From: an uncultured Gemmatimonadales bacterium
GTDB lineage: Bacteria; Gemmatimonadota; Gemmatimonadetes; Gemmatimonadales; GWC2-71-9
Reading direction: 5' to 3'
DNA length: 64,000 nt
Assembly: GCA_963771275.1 (NCBI GenBank)
Contig: CAVYSW010000011.1
Location: 64,001-128,000 of the forward strand
The position numbers and the translations under genes were made by a program. Shown piece by piece: positions 1-9,339 of the stretch (positions within the stretch are counted from its first letter, which is position 1; each line of letters opens with the position of its first letter). The notes beneath the pieces are model-generated. The model was not told where the DNA came from, did not search any database, and saw only the letters and a program-made list of their open reading frames with translations.

Positions 1-22
1 TGAAGTACTCCTCTTTCCAAAG

Positions 23-955
23 CTAACCGGTCCGGCCTGGTGCCGGCAGCCACGGCTCCGCTCGGGCTGTGAGGTCGGTGCCCGGAAACCGCGTCGGGTG
101 CAGCAGCCGGCCGAGGATCTCGACGCCGTCCACGACCCGGGGGCCCGACCGGTTGAAGTAGGCCGAGGCGTCCGCGATCCAGGCGCGGCCGCGCGCGATG
201 GCGCGCGCCGCAACCACACCCAGTTCGGCGGCGTGGGCATCCGCTTCGGCGCGGGACCGGTCGAGCCCGTACCCGCAGGGAATGACGAGCAGCACGTCCG
301 GGTCCAGCGCCGCGAGGCGGCGCCACTCGACCACGCACGAGGGGCCGCCTGCCGTTCCCACCAGGCACTCCCCACCGGCCGTCTCAATCATCTCGGGTAC
401 CCAATGGCCGGGGGCAAACACCGGATCGAGCCATTCGAGGGCGAGCACACGCACGCGGGGTCGACCGGCGACCGCACGGCGGACCGCCTCGAGCCGTTCC
501 TGCAGGGATCCCACCACCTGCTCCGCGCGGGCCTGCACTCCGGCCGCCGCTCCGATGCGCACCAGCGACGTGAGAATGTCCGCGATCGTGTGCGCATCGA
601 GCGAGAGAATCGTGGGGCGGTGCTCCAGCGCGCTCGCGGCCTGCCGCGCCAGGGACGTGGGGACCGCGCACACTTCGCACAGATCCTGCGCCAGAATCAG
701 GTCGGGCGCCGCAGTCCTCAACGCCACCTCGTCCAGCTGGTACATGCCGCCGAACCGCTCCATCGCGTCGCGCACGGCGGCGTCGATGGCGCCGCTGCTC
801 AACCCCGCCGGATCGATGCGGGCCCGGCTCACGCGCGGGCGGTCGAGCACCCGCGCGGGGTAGTCGCACTCGTGGGATATGGCCACGAGGTCCGGCTCGA
901 GCCCGAGGGCGCAGACCATTTCCGTGGCGCTCGCGAGCAGGGACGCAATGCGCAT
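23..955 (-). CDS. Cobalamin/Fe-siderophore-type periplasmic binding protein family (BtuF-like)
   Basis: N-terminus MRIASLLASATEMVCALG..LVAISHECDYP, PDLILAQDLCEVCAV, GHWVPEMIETAGG and FNRSGPRVVDGVEIL are typical of this family. Start taken at ATG 955. Confidence 0.8.
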   Translation of the reverse strand: MRIASLLASATEMVCALGLEPDLVAISHECDYPARVLDRPRVSRARIDPAGLSSGAIDAAVRDAMERFGGMYQLDEVALRTAAPDLILAQDLCEVCAVPTSLARQAASALEHRPTILSLDAHTIADILTSLVRIGAAAGVQARAEQVVGSLQERLEAVRRAVAGRPRVRVLALEWLDPVFAPGHWVPEMIETAGGECLVGTAGGPSCVVEWRRLAALDPDVLLVIPCGYGLDRSRAEADAHAAELGVVAARAIARGRAWIADASAYFNRSGPRVVDGVEILGRLLHPTRFPGTDLTARAEPWLPAPGRTG

Positions 956-1070
956 GATCGGGAATGATCGCCACCCCCGAAATGGGCGGCAACCGCTCAC
1001 TTGACAGTCGTGCAGTCCCCCGGCGACATTCGACGAACCTCACCCGACGACCCACGGCGGAAGCACGAAT

Positions 1071-1346
1071 ATGCCATACATCATCTGCGAGCCCTGCGTC
1101 GGCACGATGGACCGCGGCTGTGTCGACGTGTGCCCCGTAGACTGCATCTACGAAGGCGAAGATCAGCTGTACATCCATCCCGACGAATGCATCGATTGCG
1201 GGGCCTGCGAGCCGGAGTGCCCCGTTTCGGCGATCTTCCCGGAGGAAGACGTCCCGCCGGAGTGGAAGAGCTACGTCGAGAAGAACAAGGCGTATTTCGA
1301 CGGCGGGGTGGAGCGCAAGGTCGCCCACGGGCGCGTCGCCAGCTGA
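1071..1346 (+). CDS. Dicluster ferredoxin (7Fe/8Fe FdxA type)
   Basis: [10 protein letters not shown] and [12 protein letters not shown] motifs; 91 aa, acidic. Confidence 0.92.
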   Translation: MPYIICEPCVGTMDRGCVDVCPVDCIYEGEDQLYIHPDECIDCGACEPECPVSAIFPEEDVPPEWKSYVEKNKAYFDGGVERKVAHGRVAS

Positions 1347-1473
1347 CCCTCTCGGTTCGGCAGATTGCGGGTGCGGCGGGCTCCTGAAGATGCCCGCCGC
1401 TTTGCTTGCGGGCCGTCGCCGCCCCCCGCGTGCGACGCCCGAACACGACAGGCCCGGCTAGATTCCGTCCCAC

Positions 1474-2097
1474 ATGTCCCGCCCCATCGTGATCGGCGTG
1501 GCCGGCGGATCCGCGTCGGGCAAGACGACCGTGGTGACCGAGATCGTTGGCGCCCTCGGCACCGATCGGGTCACGGTGATCGAGCACGACGCGTACTACC
1601 GCGACCGGAGTGCCGTCCCGGCAGACCGGCGGGGCGACATCAACTACGACCATCCCGACGCGCTCGAAACGGACCTCCTGATCCGGCATCTGCACGAGCT
1701 GCGGGCGGGACGGCCGGCCGCGGTGCCGGTGTACGACTTCGCAACCCACACCCGCTCCCCCCGTTCGGTGACGGCCCTGCCCCGCGGGGTGATCATCCTC
1801 GAGGGGATCCTCATCCTCGCCGAGGCGGCCCTCCGCGAGCTGATGGACATCCGGGTGTACGTGGACGCCGACGCCGATATCCGCCTGATCCGCCGGCTCG
1901 AGCGCGACCTGCACCAGCGGGGGCGCTCCCTCGAGTCGGTGGTGCACCAGTACCTCGCAACAGTGCGGCCGATGCATCTGGAGTTCGTCGAGCCGAGCAG
2001 GCGCCACGCCCATGTCATCATTCCGGAGGGGGGACGCAACCGGGTGGCGGTGGACCTGCTGCTCGCCAAAGTCCGGTCCATTCTTCGGGAGGGGTGA
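1474..2097 (+). CDS. udk: Uridine kinase
   Basis: IIGVAGGSASGKTT P-loop, NYDHPDA, IILEGIL, RLIRRLERD, FVEPSRRHA. Confidence 0.95.
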   Translation: MSRPIVIGVAGGSASGKTTVVTEIVGALGTDRVTVIEHDAYYRDRSAVPADRRGDINYDHPDALETDLLIRHLHELRAGRPAAVPVYDFATHTRSPRSVTALPRGVIILEGILILAEAALRELMDIRVYVDADADIRLIRRLERDLHQRGRSLESVVHQYLATVRPMHLEFVEPSRRHAHVIIPEGGRNRVAVDLLLAKVRSILREG

Positions 2098-2203
2098 TCC
2101 CGCCCGCCGGCACCGGGGGGGGGCGGAATGAACAAACGGGAGGTGTCGCGCGTACTAGGATCAACCTCAGCACCCCACCAACCCCAACGAGGTCGACACA
2201 CCC

Positions 2204-2629
2204 ATGCGCACCACGTTTCTCGCAGTCCTGCTGTCAGCGGCGGTGAGTACGTCCGTATACGCCCAAGGCCCGGCACAGGGCCGACGGGCTCCCGCCGACC
2301 ACTGGATGACGATCGACTCCCTCGTGGCGGCCGTCGGGGTCACCGACGCCCAGAAGGCCGACGTCACGAAGCACTACGACGAGCTCAATGCGGTCATGAA
2401 GAAGGCCGCGGCCGAGCGGCAGAAGGTGATGGGCGGGATGGGCGCCGGGGAGCGCCCGTCGCAGGAGCAGATGCAGGCGTTCCGGACCACGCTCGAATCG
2501 CTGCAAACCGAGCTCGACGGCCACTACAAGGCCATTCGCGGGCTGCTCAACGCGGATCAGCAGGCCAAGTTCGACGCCCTGCCGGCCCCACGCGTCGCGA
2601 TGCGGCGCCCGCCGGGCGGCGGTAACTAG
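2204..2629 (+). CDS. Secreted alpha-helical protein, Spy/CpxP-like
   Basis: Signal peptide ending VYAQ; two LTxxQ-like motifs (VTDAQ, LNADQQAKFD). Confidence 0.6.
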   Translation: MRTTFLAVLLSAAVSTSVYAQGPAQGRRAPADHWMTIDSLVAAVGVTDAQKADVTKHYDELNAVMKKAAAERQKVMGGMGAGERPSQEQMQAFRTTLESLQTELDGHYKAIRGLLNADQQAKFDALPAPRVAMRRPPGGGN

Positions 2630-2738
2630 GACCTTGCCCAGATTGTCGCGCGGGGGTGACGCCGGATTGCGGCGCCACCCCCGTTTCTCACGCCTCGCAT
2701 CGATCGGCGGCCCGGCGGTCCGACTCGGTCTGGCCACC

Positions 2739-3584
2739 ATGCTGCTGGGGTTCGGGACACCGGTCTTCGCGCAGGCGCCGGCAACGGATATCTATCTCGC
2801 TCCGCTCTCGACGGTGGCGGGGAAGCCCGTTCTCGGCATCCCCGTCAACGTCACGCACCGCCCAGGGTATGACAACCAGCCGGCGTTTCTGCCCGACGGT
2901 TCGGGAATGCTGTACACCTCCGTGCGGGAGGACGGGCAGGCGGACATCTGGCGCTACGATCCCGCCACGGGAACCAGCAGCCGCGTCACGACGACTCCCG
3001 AGAGTGAGTACTCGCCGACGCCGCTGCCGTCCAGCCCCGGCTTCTCGGTCGTCCGGGTCGAGGCCGACTCCACGCAGCGGCTCTGGGCGTTCGCGCCGGA
3101 CGGCTCAACCCCGCGCCTGCTGCTCCCCGGCGTGAAGCCGGTCGGCTACCACGCCTGGAGCGACCGCGGCGACGTCGCGCTGTTCGTGCTCGGCTCGCCC
3201 CCCACCCTGCAGCTTGTGCCCGCCGGCGACACCGCTCCGATCGAGGTGGCGCGCGACATTGGGCGCGGGCTCCAGCGCGTCCCGGGCGAGCGGCGCATCC
3301 TGTTCGCGCAGCGCGACTCGGCGGGTTTCGTCATCACCAGCCTCAATCTCGATGACCGCGCCGTGACGGCGGTGGTGCGCGCACCGCTCAACGACTTCTT
3401 CGCGTACACGGGCGGCGCCCTGGTCGCCGCCGACAGTACCCGTCTCCTGAGGTTTCGCCCGGGCGTCGATTCTGCGTGGATCCCGGGTGACGATCTCGCC
3501 GCGCTGGGCATCCGGCGCGTGACGCGGATCGCCGTGAGCCCGCGGGGAGACTACGTGGCGTTTGTAGCGGACGACAGCCGGTAG
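2739..3584 (+). CDS. Secreted TolB-like (PD40) beta-propeller protein
   Basis: Signal-like N-terminus, GYDNQPAFLPDG, ESEYSPTP, RIAVSPRGDYVAFV. Start uncertain (2634-2739). Confidence 0.7.
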   Translation: MLLGFGTPVFAQAPATDIYLAPLSTVAGKPVLGIPVNVTHRPGYDNQPAFLPDGSGMLYTSVREDGQADIWRYDPATGTSSRVTTTPESEYSPTPLPSSPGFSVVRVEADSTQRLWAFAPDGSTPRLLLPGVKPVGYHAWSDRGDVALFVLGSPPTLQLVPAGDTAPIEVARDIGRGLQRVPGERRILFAQRDSAGFVITSLNLDDRAVTAVVRAPLNDFFAYTGGALVAADSTRLLRFRPGVDSAWIPGDDLAALGIRRVTRIAVSPRGDYVAFVADDSR

Positions 3585-3600
3585 CACAGTCTCGAGTAGG

Positions 3601-3662
3601 TTGTTAAGGCGCGTGGGGTTTGTTAAGCTTTCCGGCGCCCTGGCCCTCATTGTGAGCAATGA
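3601..3662 (+). promoter_or_regulatory. Candidate operator region of the Ehr operon
   Basis: Direct repeat TTGTTAAG at 3601-3608 and 3620-3627; perfect inverted repeat TCATTG-tgag-CAATGA at 3647-3662. Confidence 0.45.
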
Positions 3663-3685
3663 CCCCTTCGAGCCGTCCCGCCTGA

Positions 3686-4381
3686 ATGCAGCTTACCGTC
3701 CGTCAAGCTGCGGCGTATCTCCAAGTCGACGAGTCGACCGTCCGCAGCTGGATCAGGAAGCGCGGGCTTCCCGCGCATAGCGCGAACGAACGGCTGTACC
3801 TCAACGCGGTCGAGCTGTGGCAATGGGCGACCGAAAACGGGATCACCGTCTCCAGGGGTCTGCTGGACGACGCGCGCCGCGTGCCCGAGGAGGTGCCGCC
3901 GCTTTCGACCCTGCTGCGCGCCGGGGGAGTTCACGCCGCCGTGGGTGGCGAGGACAAGGCCGGTGCGTTGCGCGAGGTCGTGATGCGATTGCCCCTGCCG
4001 CCGGACTTGGACCGGGATTTTCTCATCGGGGTATTGGAAGCCCGCGAAGCGATGGGGTCGACGGGAGTCGGTGACGGCATCGCCATCCCGCACGCCCGGA
4101 ACCCGATCGTGCTCCACGTCGCCGAGCCACTCGTGGCACTCTGCCTGTTGCGCCACCCGGTGGACTTCGACGCCGTGGACGGCGTACCGGTGCACGCGCT
4201 CTTCGTCGTCATCAGCCCAAGCGTCCCCGCCCACCTCAAGATCCTCAGCCGCCTCGGCCTGGTCCTGCGCGACGCGACGCTCCGGCAGTTGCTGCGTGAG
4301 CGTGCCGACGCCCAAGCCGTGATCGGACGAGTCCAGGAGATGGAGGTGCGTTCCACGGAGTTCTTCCGGGCGCAGCGATGA
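3686..4381 (+). CDS. Excisionase-like HTH (HTH_17) fused to PTS EIIA (PtsN/Fru-type) domain
   Basis: LTVRQAAAYLQVDESTVRSW HTH; REAMGSTGVGDGIAIPHAR with the phospho-acceptor His; VDFDAVDGVPV. Confidence 0.9.
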   Translation: MQLTVRQAAAYLQVDESTVRSWIRKRGLPAHSANERLYLNAVELWQWATENGITVSRGLLDDARRVPEEVPPLSTLLRAGGVHAAVGGEDKAGALREVVMRLPLPPDLDRDFLIGVLEAREAMGSTGVGDGIAIPHARNPIVLHVAEPLVALCLLRHPVDFDAVDGVPVHALFVVISPSVPAHLKILSRLGLVLRDATLRQLLRERADAQAVIGRVQEMEVRSTEFFRAQR

Positions 4382-6351
4382 TCGCCGTCCTCGCCGGTCT
4401 CGCTCTGGTGCTGCTGGGCGGCGTCGCGGCCGTCGTGCTGCGGAGCCGGCCCCGCGCCGCTGCGGGGACCTACCGCGCCCTGGTCGTCGGCGGCTCCGCG
4501 GTGGCGCTCCTGCCGGCGCTGGCGGTCCTCCGAGGCACCGCCGTCCCATCGATCAACCTGCCGGCGCAGCTGCCCGGCGGGAGCTGGGTGATGGGGCTCG
4601 ATGCCCTGTCCGCCTGGTTCCTGGTGTGCATCCTCGGAGTGGGCGCCGTTGCCGCCGCGTTCGGGACGTGGTATCTGGCCGGCGAGCGCGACCACGGCGG
4701 CGTGCCCCAGGCGCAGGTCGGGTTCGCCGTGCTGCTCGTGGCGCTGTCCCTCGTCGTCACCGCCCGGGCCGCCCTGTTCTTCCTCGCCGCGTGGGAGCTG
4801 ATGGCGCTGGCGGGCTACTTCCTCGTGGTGTTCGACGATCGGCGCGCGGAGGTGCGTCGCGCAGGGCTCGTCTATCTAGTCGCCACGCACACGGGCACCC
4901 TGCTGCTGTTCGTGGTATTCGGCCTCTGGAGCCTGCACGCCCCCGACTTCACCTTCGCGTCCCTGGCCGCGACCGCACGGCCACTCGGCTCCATGCGCCC
5001 GCTGCTGCTGGGCATTGGGCTGGTCGCGTTCGGCTTGAAGGCCGGGTTCGTCCCGCTGCATTTCTGGCTGCCGGAAGCCCACGCGGGGGCCCCGTCGCAC
5101 GTGTCGGCGATCATGTCCGGCGTGGTCATCAAGATGGGCATCTACGGCGTGCTGCGCATGGTGACCATGCTGGGTACGCCGCCGGCGTGGTGGGGCTGGT
5201 CGGTGTTGGCGCTCGGTACCGTGTCCGGGATATTGGGCGTGCTCTGGGCCCTGGCGCAGCACGACCTGAAGCGCCTGCTCGCGTATCACAGCGTCGAGAA
5301 CATCGGGATCATCCTGATGGGGATCGGGGCGGGGGCCCTCGGCCTGGCATATCGCGTCCCGCTGCTTGCGGCCCTCGGGTTCCTCGGCGCGATGCTGCAC
5401 ACGCTCAACCACGCGCTGTTCAAGAGCCTGTTGTTCCTCGGGGCCGGATCCATTCTCCGGGCAACGGGCACCCGCGACCTCGAGCGGCTCGGCGGCCTCG
5501 CGCGGCGCATGCCATTCACCTGGATCGCGTTTCTCGTGGGCGCCGTCGCGATCGTCGGTCTGCCGCCACTCAATGGCTTCGTGAGTGAATGGGTCGTCTT
5601 CCAGGCGCTGTTCGGCGCCGGCCACAGCGGCACCCCGGCGGCGCTGGCCGCATTCGGCTCCGCCGCACTCGGTCTGATTGGTGGCCTCGCGCTGGCGTGC
5701 TTCGCGAAAGTGTGCGGCACCGTCTTCCTCGGGCAGCCACGCTCGGCGGCCGCGGCCGGCGCGGCGGAGTGTTCGTCGGGATCCTGGGTGCCCATGCTGG
5801 CTTTGGCGCTGGCCTGCGTCGTGATCGGTGTGCTCCCGTGGATGGTGCTGCCACCCGCCGTGCGCGTCGCGGGCCTGGTCGCCGGGATGCCGCCCGGCGA
5901 CGCCGCCACGCTGACGGCGGGGACGCTGGACGGCGCGCGCCGCATCACCACCATCGCAGCGGTGCTGGCGGGCCTCGTCGGCGCCGCGGCTCTGGTGCGG
6001 GCGGTCGCCCTGCGACGGACGGGGACGGCGGTGAGCGAGACCTGGGCCTGCGGCTACGCGGCGCCCACCGCCCGCATGCAGTACTCCGCTTCCTCCTTCG
6101 CGGCGCCGCTGGTGGGCCTGTTCGGGTCGCTCGGTGGCGTCGCAGTCCACCACACGGCAAGCCACTTCTCCACCCACCCGGCCAACGTCATGCTCGACCG
6201 CGTGCTGGCCCCGGTGTGGCGCGGCCTGCGCCAAGCGGGCGGACGGCTGCGGCCGATACAGCAGGGCCGCCTGCAGCTCTACCTGCTGTACATCGTCGCC
6301 ACCGTCAGTGCGCTGCTGGTCTACCTGGTCGCCTCCGGAGGTGGCCCGTGA
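4378..6351 (+). CDS. hyfB: HyfB-like antiporter-type membrane subunit of Ehr complex
   Basis: Polytopic; KAGFVPLHFWLPEAH, KMGIYG, LKRLLAYHSVENIG, LPPLNGFVSEW, WACGY..RMQYSASSF. ATGA overlap with upstream gene. Confidence 0.88.
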   Translation: MIAVLAGLALVLLGGVAAVVLRSRPRAAAGTYRALVVGGSAVALLPALAVLRGTAVPSINLPAQLPGGSWVMGLDALSAWFLVCILGVGAVAAAFGTWYLAGERDHGGVPQAQVGFAVLLVALSLVVTARAALFFLAAWELMALAGYFLVVFDDRRAEVRRAGLVYLVATHTGTLLLFVVFGLWSLHAPDFTFASLAATARPLGSMRPLLLGIGLVAFGLKAGFVPLHFWLPEAHAGAPSHVSAIMSGVVIKMGIYGVLRMVTMLGTPPAWWGWSVLALGTVSGILGVLWALAQHDLKRLLAYHSVENIGIILMGIGAGALGLAYRVPLLAALGFLGAMLHTLNHALFKSLLFLGAGSILRATGTRDLERLGGLARRMPFTWIAFLVGAVAIVGLPPLNGFVSEWVVFQALFGAGHSGTPAALAAFGSAALGLIGGLALACFAKVCGTVFLGQPRSAAAAGAAECSSGSWVPMLALALACVVIGVLPWMVLPPAVRVAGLVAGMPPGDAATLTAGTLDGARRITTIAAVLAGLVGAAALVRAVALRRTGTAVSETWACGYAAPTARMQYSASSFAAPLVGLFGSLGGVAVHHTASHFSTHPANVMLDRVLAPVWRGLRQAGGRLRPIQQGRLQLYLLYIVATVSALLVYLVASGGGP

Positions 6352-7268
6352 CCGCCAGCGCCTGGCTGACGCTCGGCTGCGCGCTCGTCCTGGCGCCGGC
6401 GCTCCCGGGCGTCGCCACTCGGACCAGGAACCTGCTCACGGCGCGCCGGGGGGCCCCCGTGCTGCAGCTCTACCGCGACCTGGTGAAGCTCTGGCGCAAG
6501 GGCGCGGTGTACAGCCCCATCACGACGTGGGCCTTCCGCGCCGGCCCCATGATCCTGTTCGCCACGACCGTGCTGGCGGTCGGCCTGCTGCCGCTCGACG
6601 GGCGCTCGGCCCCGCTCACGTTCGCCGGCGATTTCGTCGCGCTCGCCGCCCTTCTGGCGCTCGGCCGGTTTGCCCTCGTGCTCGCCGCCCTCGACACGGG
6701 GTCGAGCTTCGAGGGAATGGGAGCGAGCCGCGAGGGGACATTCGGCAGTCTCACCGAGCCCGCGCTCTTCCTGTGCTTCGCCGCGCTGGCGATCGGCACC
6801 CGCCAGGACTCGCTGGCCGGAATGCTCGGTGCCGCGCTTGGGCCCGTCTGGAGCATCGCGGGACCGGGACTCGCGATGGTCGCCGGCAGTCTGTTCCTGC
6901 TCACGCTCGCCGAGGCCGGTCGCGTACCGCTGGACGATCCGGCCACCCATCTCGAGCTCACCATGATCCACGAGGTCATGGTGCTCGATCACAGCGGGCC
7001 CGACCTTGCCCTCGTGCAGTATGCGGGGGCACTCAAGCTGACGCTGTTCGGCAGCATGCTCACGGCGGTGCTGATCCCCAGGGCGACGCTTCCCCCCGCG
7101 CTGGCCATCGCGGCGTGGGTCGCGGGGCTCCTCGTCGTCGCCGCCGCCGTGGGCGTGGTCGAGGCCACGATGGCGCGCCTGCGGCTCACGCGCGTGCCCC
7201 AGCTGTTGGTGGCCGCCGCGGTCCTGCCCGCGCTCGCCATGCTCCTGCTCTTCGGCACCGCGCGATGA
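6348..7268 (+). CDS. hyfC: HyfC/HycD (NuoH-like) membrane subunit of Ehr complex
   Basis: GAPVLQLYRDLVKL, LDTGSSFEGMGASRE, RVPLDDPATHLELTMIHEVM. GTG start overlaps upstream TGA. Confidence 0.88.
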   Translation: MTASAWLTLGCALVLAPALPGVATRTRNLLTARRGAPVLQLYRDLVKLWRKGAVYSPITTWAFRAGPMILFATTVLAVGLLPLDGRSAPLTFAGDFVALAALLALGRFALVLAALDTGSSFEGMGASREGTFGSLTEPALFLCFAALAIGTRQDSLAGMLGAALGPVWSIAGPGLAMVAGSLFLLTLAEAGRVPLDDPATHLELTMIHEVMVLDHSGPDLALVQYAGALKLTLFGSMLTAVLIPRATLPPALAIAAWVAGLLVVAAAVGVVEATMARLRLTRVPQLLVAAAVLPALAMLLLFGTAR

Positions 7269-7906
7269 CCGCGCTCGCCTCGCTGCTGCTGATCACCGTG
7301 GTGCTCACGGATTTCGCCATCCTGGCGACCAGCCGGCTCAGCACCTGCATCCGGGCCATCGGCGTCCAGGGACTGCTCCTGGCCGCGCTGCCGCTCGCGC
7401 TGCACTCGGCGTGGTCCGTCCACGTGGCCGCCCTGGCACTCGGCACCGCCGTCGTGAAAGCGGTGGTGCTGCCCTGGTTCCTCACCTGGGCGATTCGCGA
7501 AGCCAACGTCCGGCGGGAGGTCGAACCGCTCATCGGCTTCGCCACCTCGGTGCTGCTGGGCACCGTGACCGTGGCGGCCGCGTTCCTGGTCGCCCCCAGG
7601 CTCCCGCTCCCGGATCGCGACGGCACCCTCCTGGTCGCCGTCGCCCTGTCGAACGTGCTGACCGGGCTCATCGTGCTCACCTCGCGCCTCAAGGCCATCA
7701 CCCAGGTCGTGGGCTATCTCATGCTCGAGAACGGCATCTTCGTGTTCGGCCTCACGCAGACCGAGCGCGTGCCGTTCCTGCTGGAGCTGGGCGTGCTGCT
7801 GGACGTCTTCGTGGGCGTCTTCATCATGGGCATCGTCGTGTTTCACATCAATCGCGAGTTCGACTCGCTCAGCTCCACCGAGCTCGAGGAGCTGAAGGAC
7901 GCATGA
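7265..7906 (+). CDS. hyfE: HyfE-like membrane subunit of Ehr complex
   Basis: QVVGYLMLENGI, ELGVLLDVFV, INREFDSL. ATGA overlaps at both ends. Confidence 0.88.
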   Translation: MTALASLLLITVVLTDFAILATSRLSTCIRAIGVQGLLLAALPLALHSAWSVHVAALALGTAVVKAVVLPWFLTWAIREANVRREVEPLIGFATSVLLGTVTVAAAFLVAPRLPLPDRDGTLLVAVALSNVLTGLIVLTSRLKAITQVVGYLMLENGIFVFGLTQTERVPFLLELGVLLDVFVGVFIMGIVVFHINREFDSLSSTELEELKDA

Positions 7907-9339
7907 TACTCCCCGCCCTCGTCGTCGTGCCCGCCTTGGGAGCCGTGGGTGCCTACGTCCATCGGGCGACGGTGTTTCGCACGGGGTGGCTCGTGGGGAC
8001 CGCCGTCGTGCACGCGGGGCTCGTGGCCGCCGCGTGGGCCACGCGCCCCGGCCCGGTCCTGGCTGGCTGGTTCGCGCTCGATGACCTGGGCCTCCTGGTC
8101 CTGACGGTCGTCAGCGCGCTGTTCCTCGCGACGGCCCTGTACGCGGTGGGATACCTCCGCCACGAGAACGTCCGGGGTGGCCCGGCGTTCGTCAGTTGCC
8201 TCCTCGCCTTCCTCGCTGCGGCCTCCCTGGTGACCATCAGCCACCATCTGGGCATTCTGTGGGTCGGGATGGAGGCCACCACGCTGGCCGTGGCCCCGCT
8301 GATCTACCATCGCCACGACCGCCGCTCGCTCGAAGCCGTCTGGAAGTACCTCGTGCTGTCGTCGGTCGGCATCGCGCTGGCCCTGCTCGGGACGTTCTTC
8401 CTGGCGACGGCTCAGGTCGCCACCGCCACGTCGGGTCGACCGCTGCTGGTGGCAGACCTCGTGCGCGGTGCCCGGCAGCTGCATCCCGCGTGGCTCAAGG
8501 CGGCCTTCGTCTTCCTGCTCGCGGGCTACGGCACCAAGATGGGCCTGGCGCCGTTGCACACCTGGAAGCCCGACACGTACGGCGAAGCCCCCAGTCTGGT
8601 CGGCGCGCTCATGGCCGGTGGCCTCACCAGTCTCGCCTTCCTGGGCATTGCCCGCGTCATGCAAGTGGTGGCGGCGGCCGGACTGACGTCGTTCGCGCAA
8701 CCCGTGCTCATCGCGTTCGGCCTGTTGTCGCTGGTGGTCGCCGCCGCGTTCGTCCTCAGCCAAACCGACCTCAAGCGTCTGCTGGCCTACTCCAGCGTCG
8801 AGCACATGGGGTTGCTCGTGCTGGGCCTGGGGATCGGGGGCGCCGGCGTCTACGGCAGTGCGCTGCACCTGATGAACAACGCTTTGGCCAAGGGGCTGCT
8901 CTTCCTCGCCGTCGGCAACGTGGTGCTCGTCACGGGCACGTCGTCGGGCGGCGCGATCCGGGGGCTGGGCCGTACGCTGCCGATCTCGGCGTCCCTGCTG
9001 CTCGTCGGGCTGTTCGCCGCCACCGGCTCGCCACCGTTCGGGCCGTTTCTCAGCGAGTTCATCATCCTGCGGGCGGCGATGGCGGGCGGGCACCCGATCC
9101 TGGCGCTCGTCGTGGTGGCCCTGCTGGTGGTGATCTTCGCCGGCATGGCCCTGAGCACGCTGCGGGTCGTGCACGGAGAGCCGGCGCCGGCAACGCGCCG
9201 CGGGCCCGAGAGCGCCTGGCTGGTGACCGGACCGGTCGCCCTCGCGGTGGGCCTGCTGCTCCTGGGGTTCTATCTCCCCACGCCATTGGGCCGCGTGCTG
9301 CAGCACGCCGCGGCGGCGCTGGGTGGCGGGGCGCCGTGA
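7903..9339 (+). CDS. hyfF: HyfF-like antiporter-type membrane subunit of Ehr complex
   Basis: WVGMEATTL, SLEAVWKY, GYGTKMGLAPLHTWKPD, KRLLAYSSVEHMG. Confidence 0.88.
   Translation: MILPALVVVPALGAVGAYVHRATVFRTGWLVGTAVVHAGLVAAAWATRPGPVLAGWFALDDLGLLVLTVVSALFLATALYAVGYLRHENVRGGPAFVSCLLAFLAAASLVTISHHLGILWVGMEATTLAVAPLIYHRHDRRSLEAVWKYLVLSSVGIALALLGTFFLATAQVATATSGRPLLVADLVRGARQLHPAWLKAAFVFLLAGYGTKMGLAPLHTWKPDTYGEAPSLVGALMAGGLTSLAFLGIARVMQVVAAAGLTSFAQPVLIAFGLLSLVVAAAFVLSQTDLKRLLAYSSVEHMGLLVLGLGIGGAGVYGSALHLMNNALAKGLLFLAVGNVVLVTGTSSGGAIRGLGRTLPISASLLLVGLFAATGSPPFGPFLSEFIILRAAMAGGHPILALVVVALLVVIFAGMALSTLRVVHGEPAPATRRGPESAWLVTGPVALAVGLLLLGFYLPTPLGRVLQHAAAALGGGAP

Noticed and set aside
1001..1030. Sigma70 promoter for the ferredoxin gene (TTGACA at 1001)
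   Set aside because: The -10 candidate (GACATT at 18 bp) is too weak to call.
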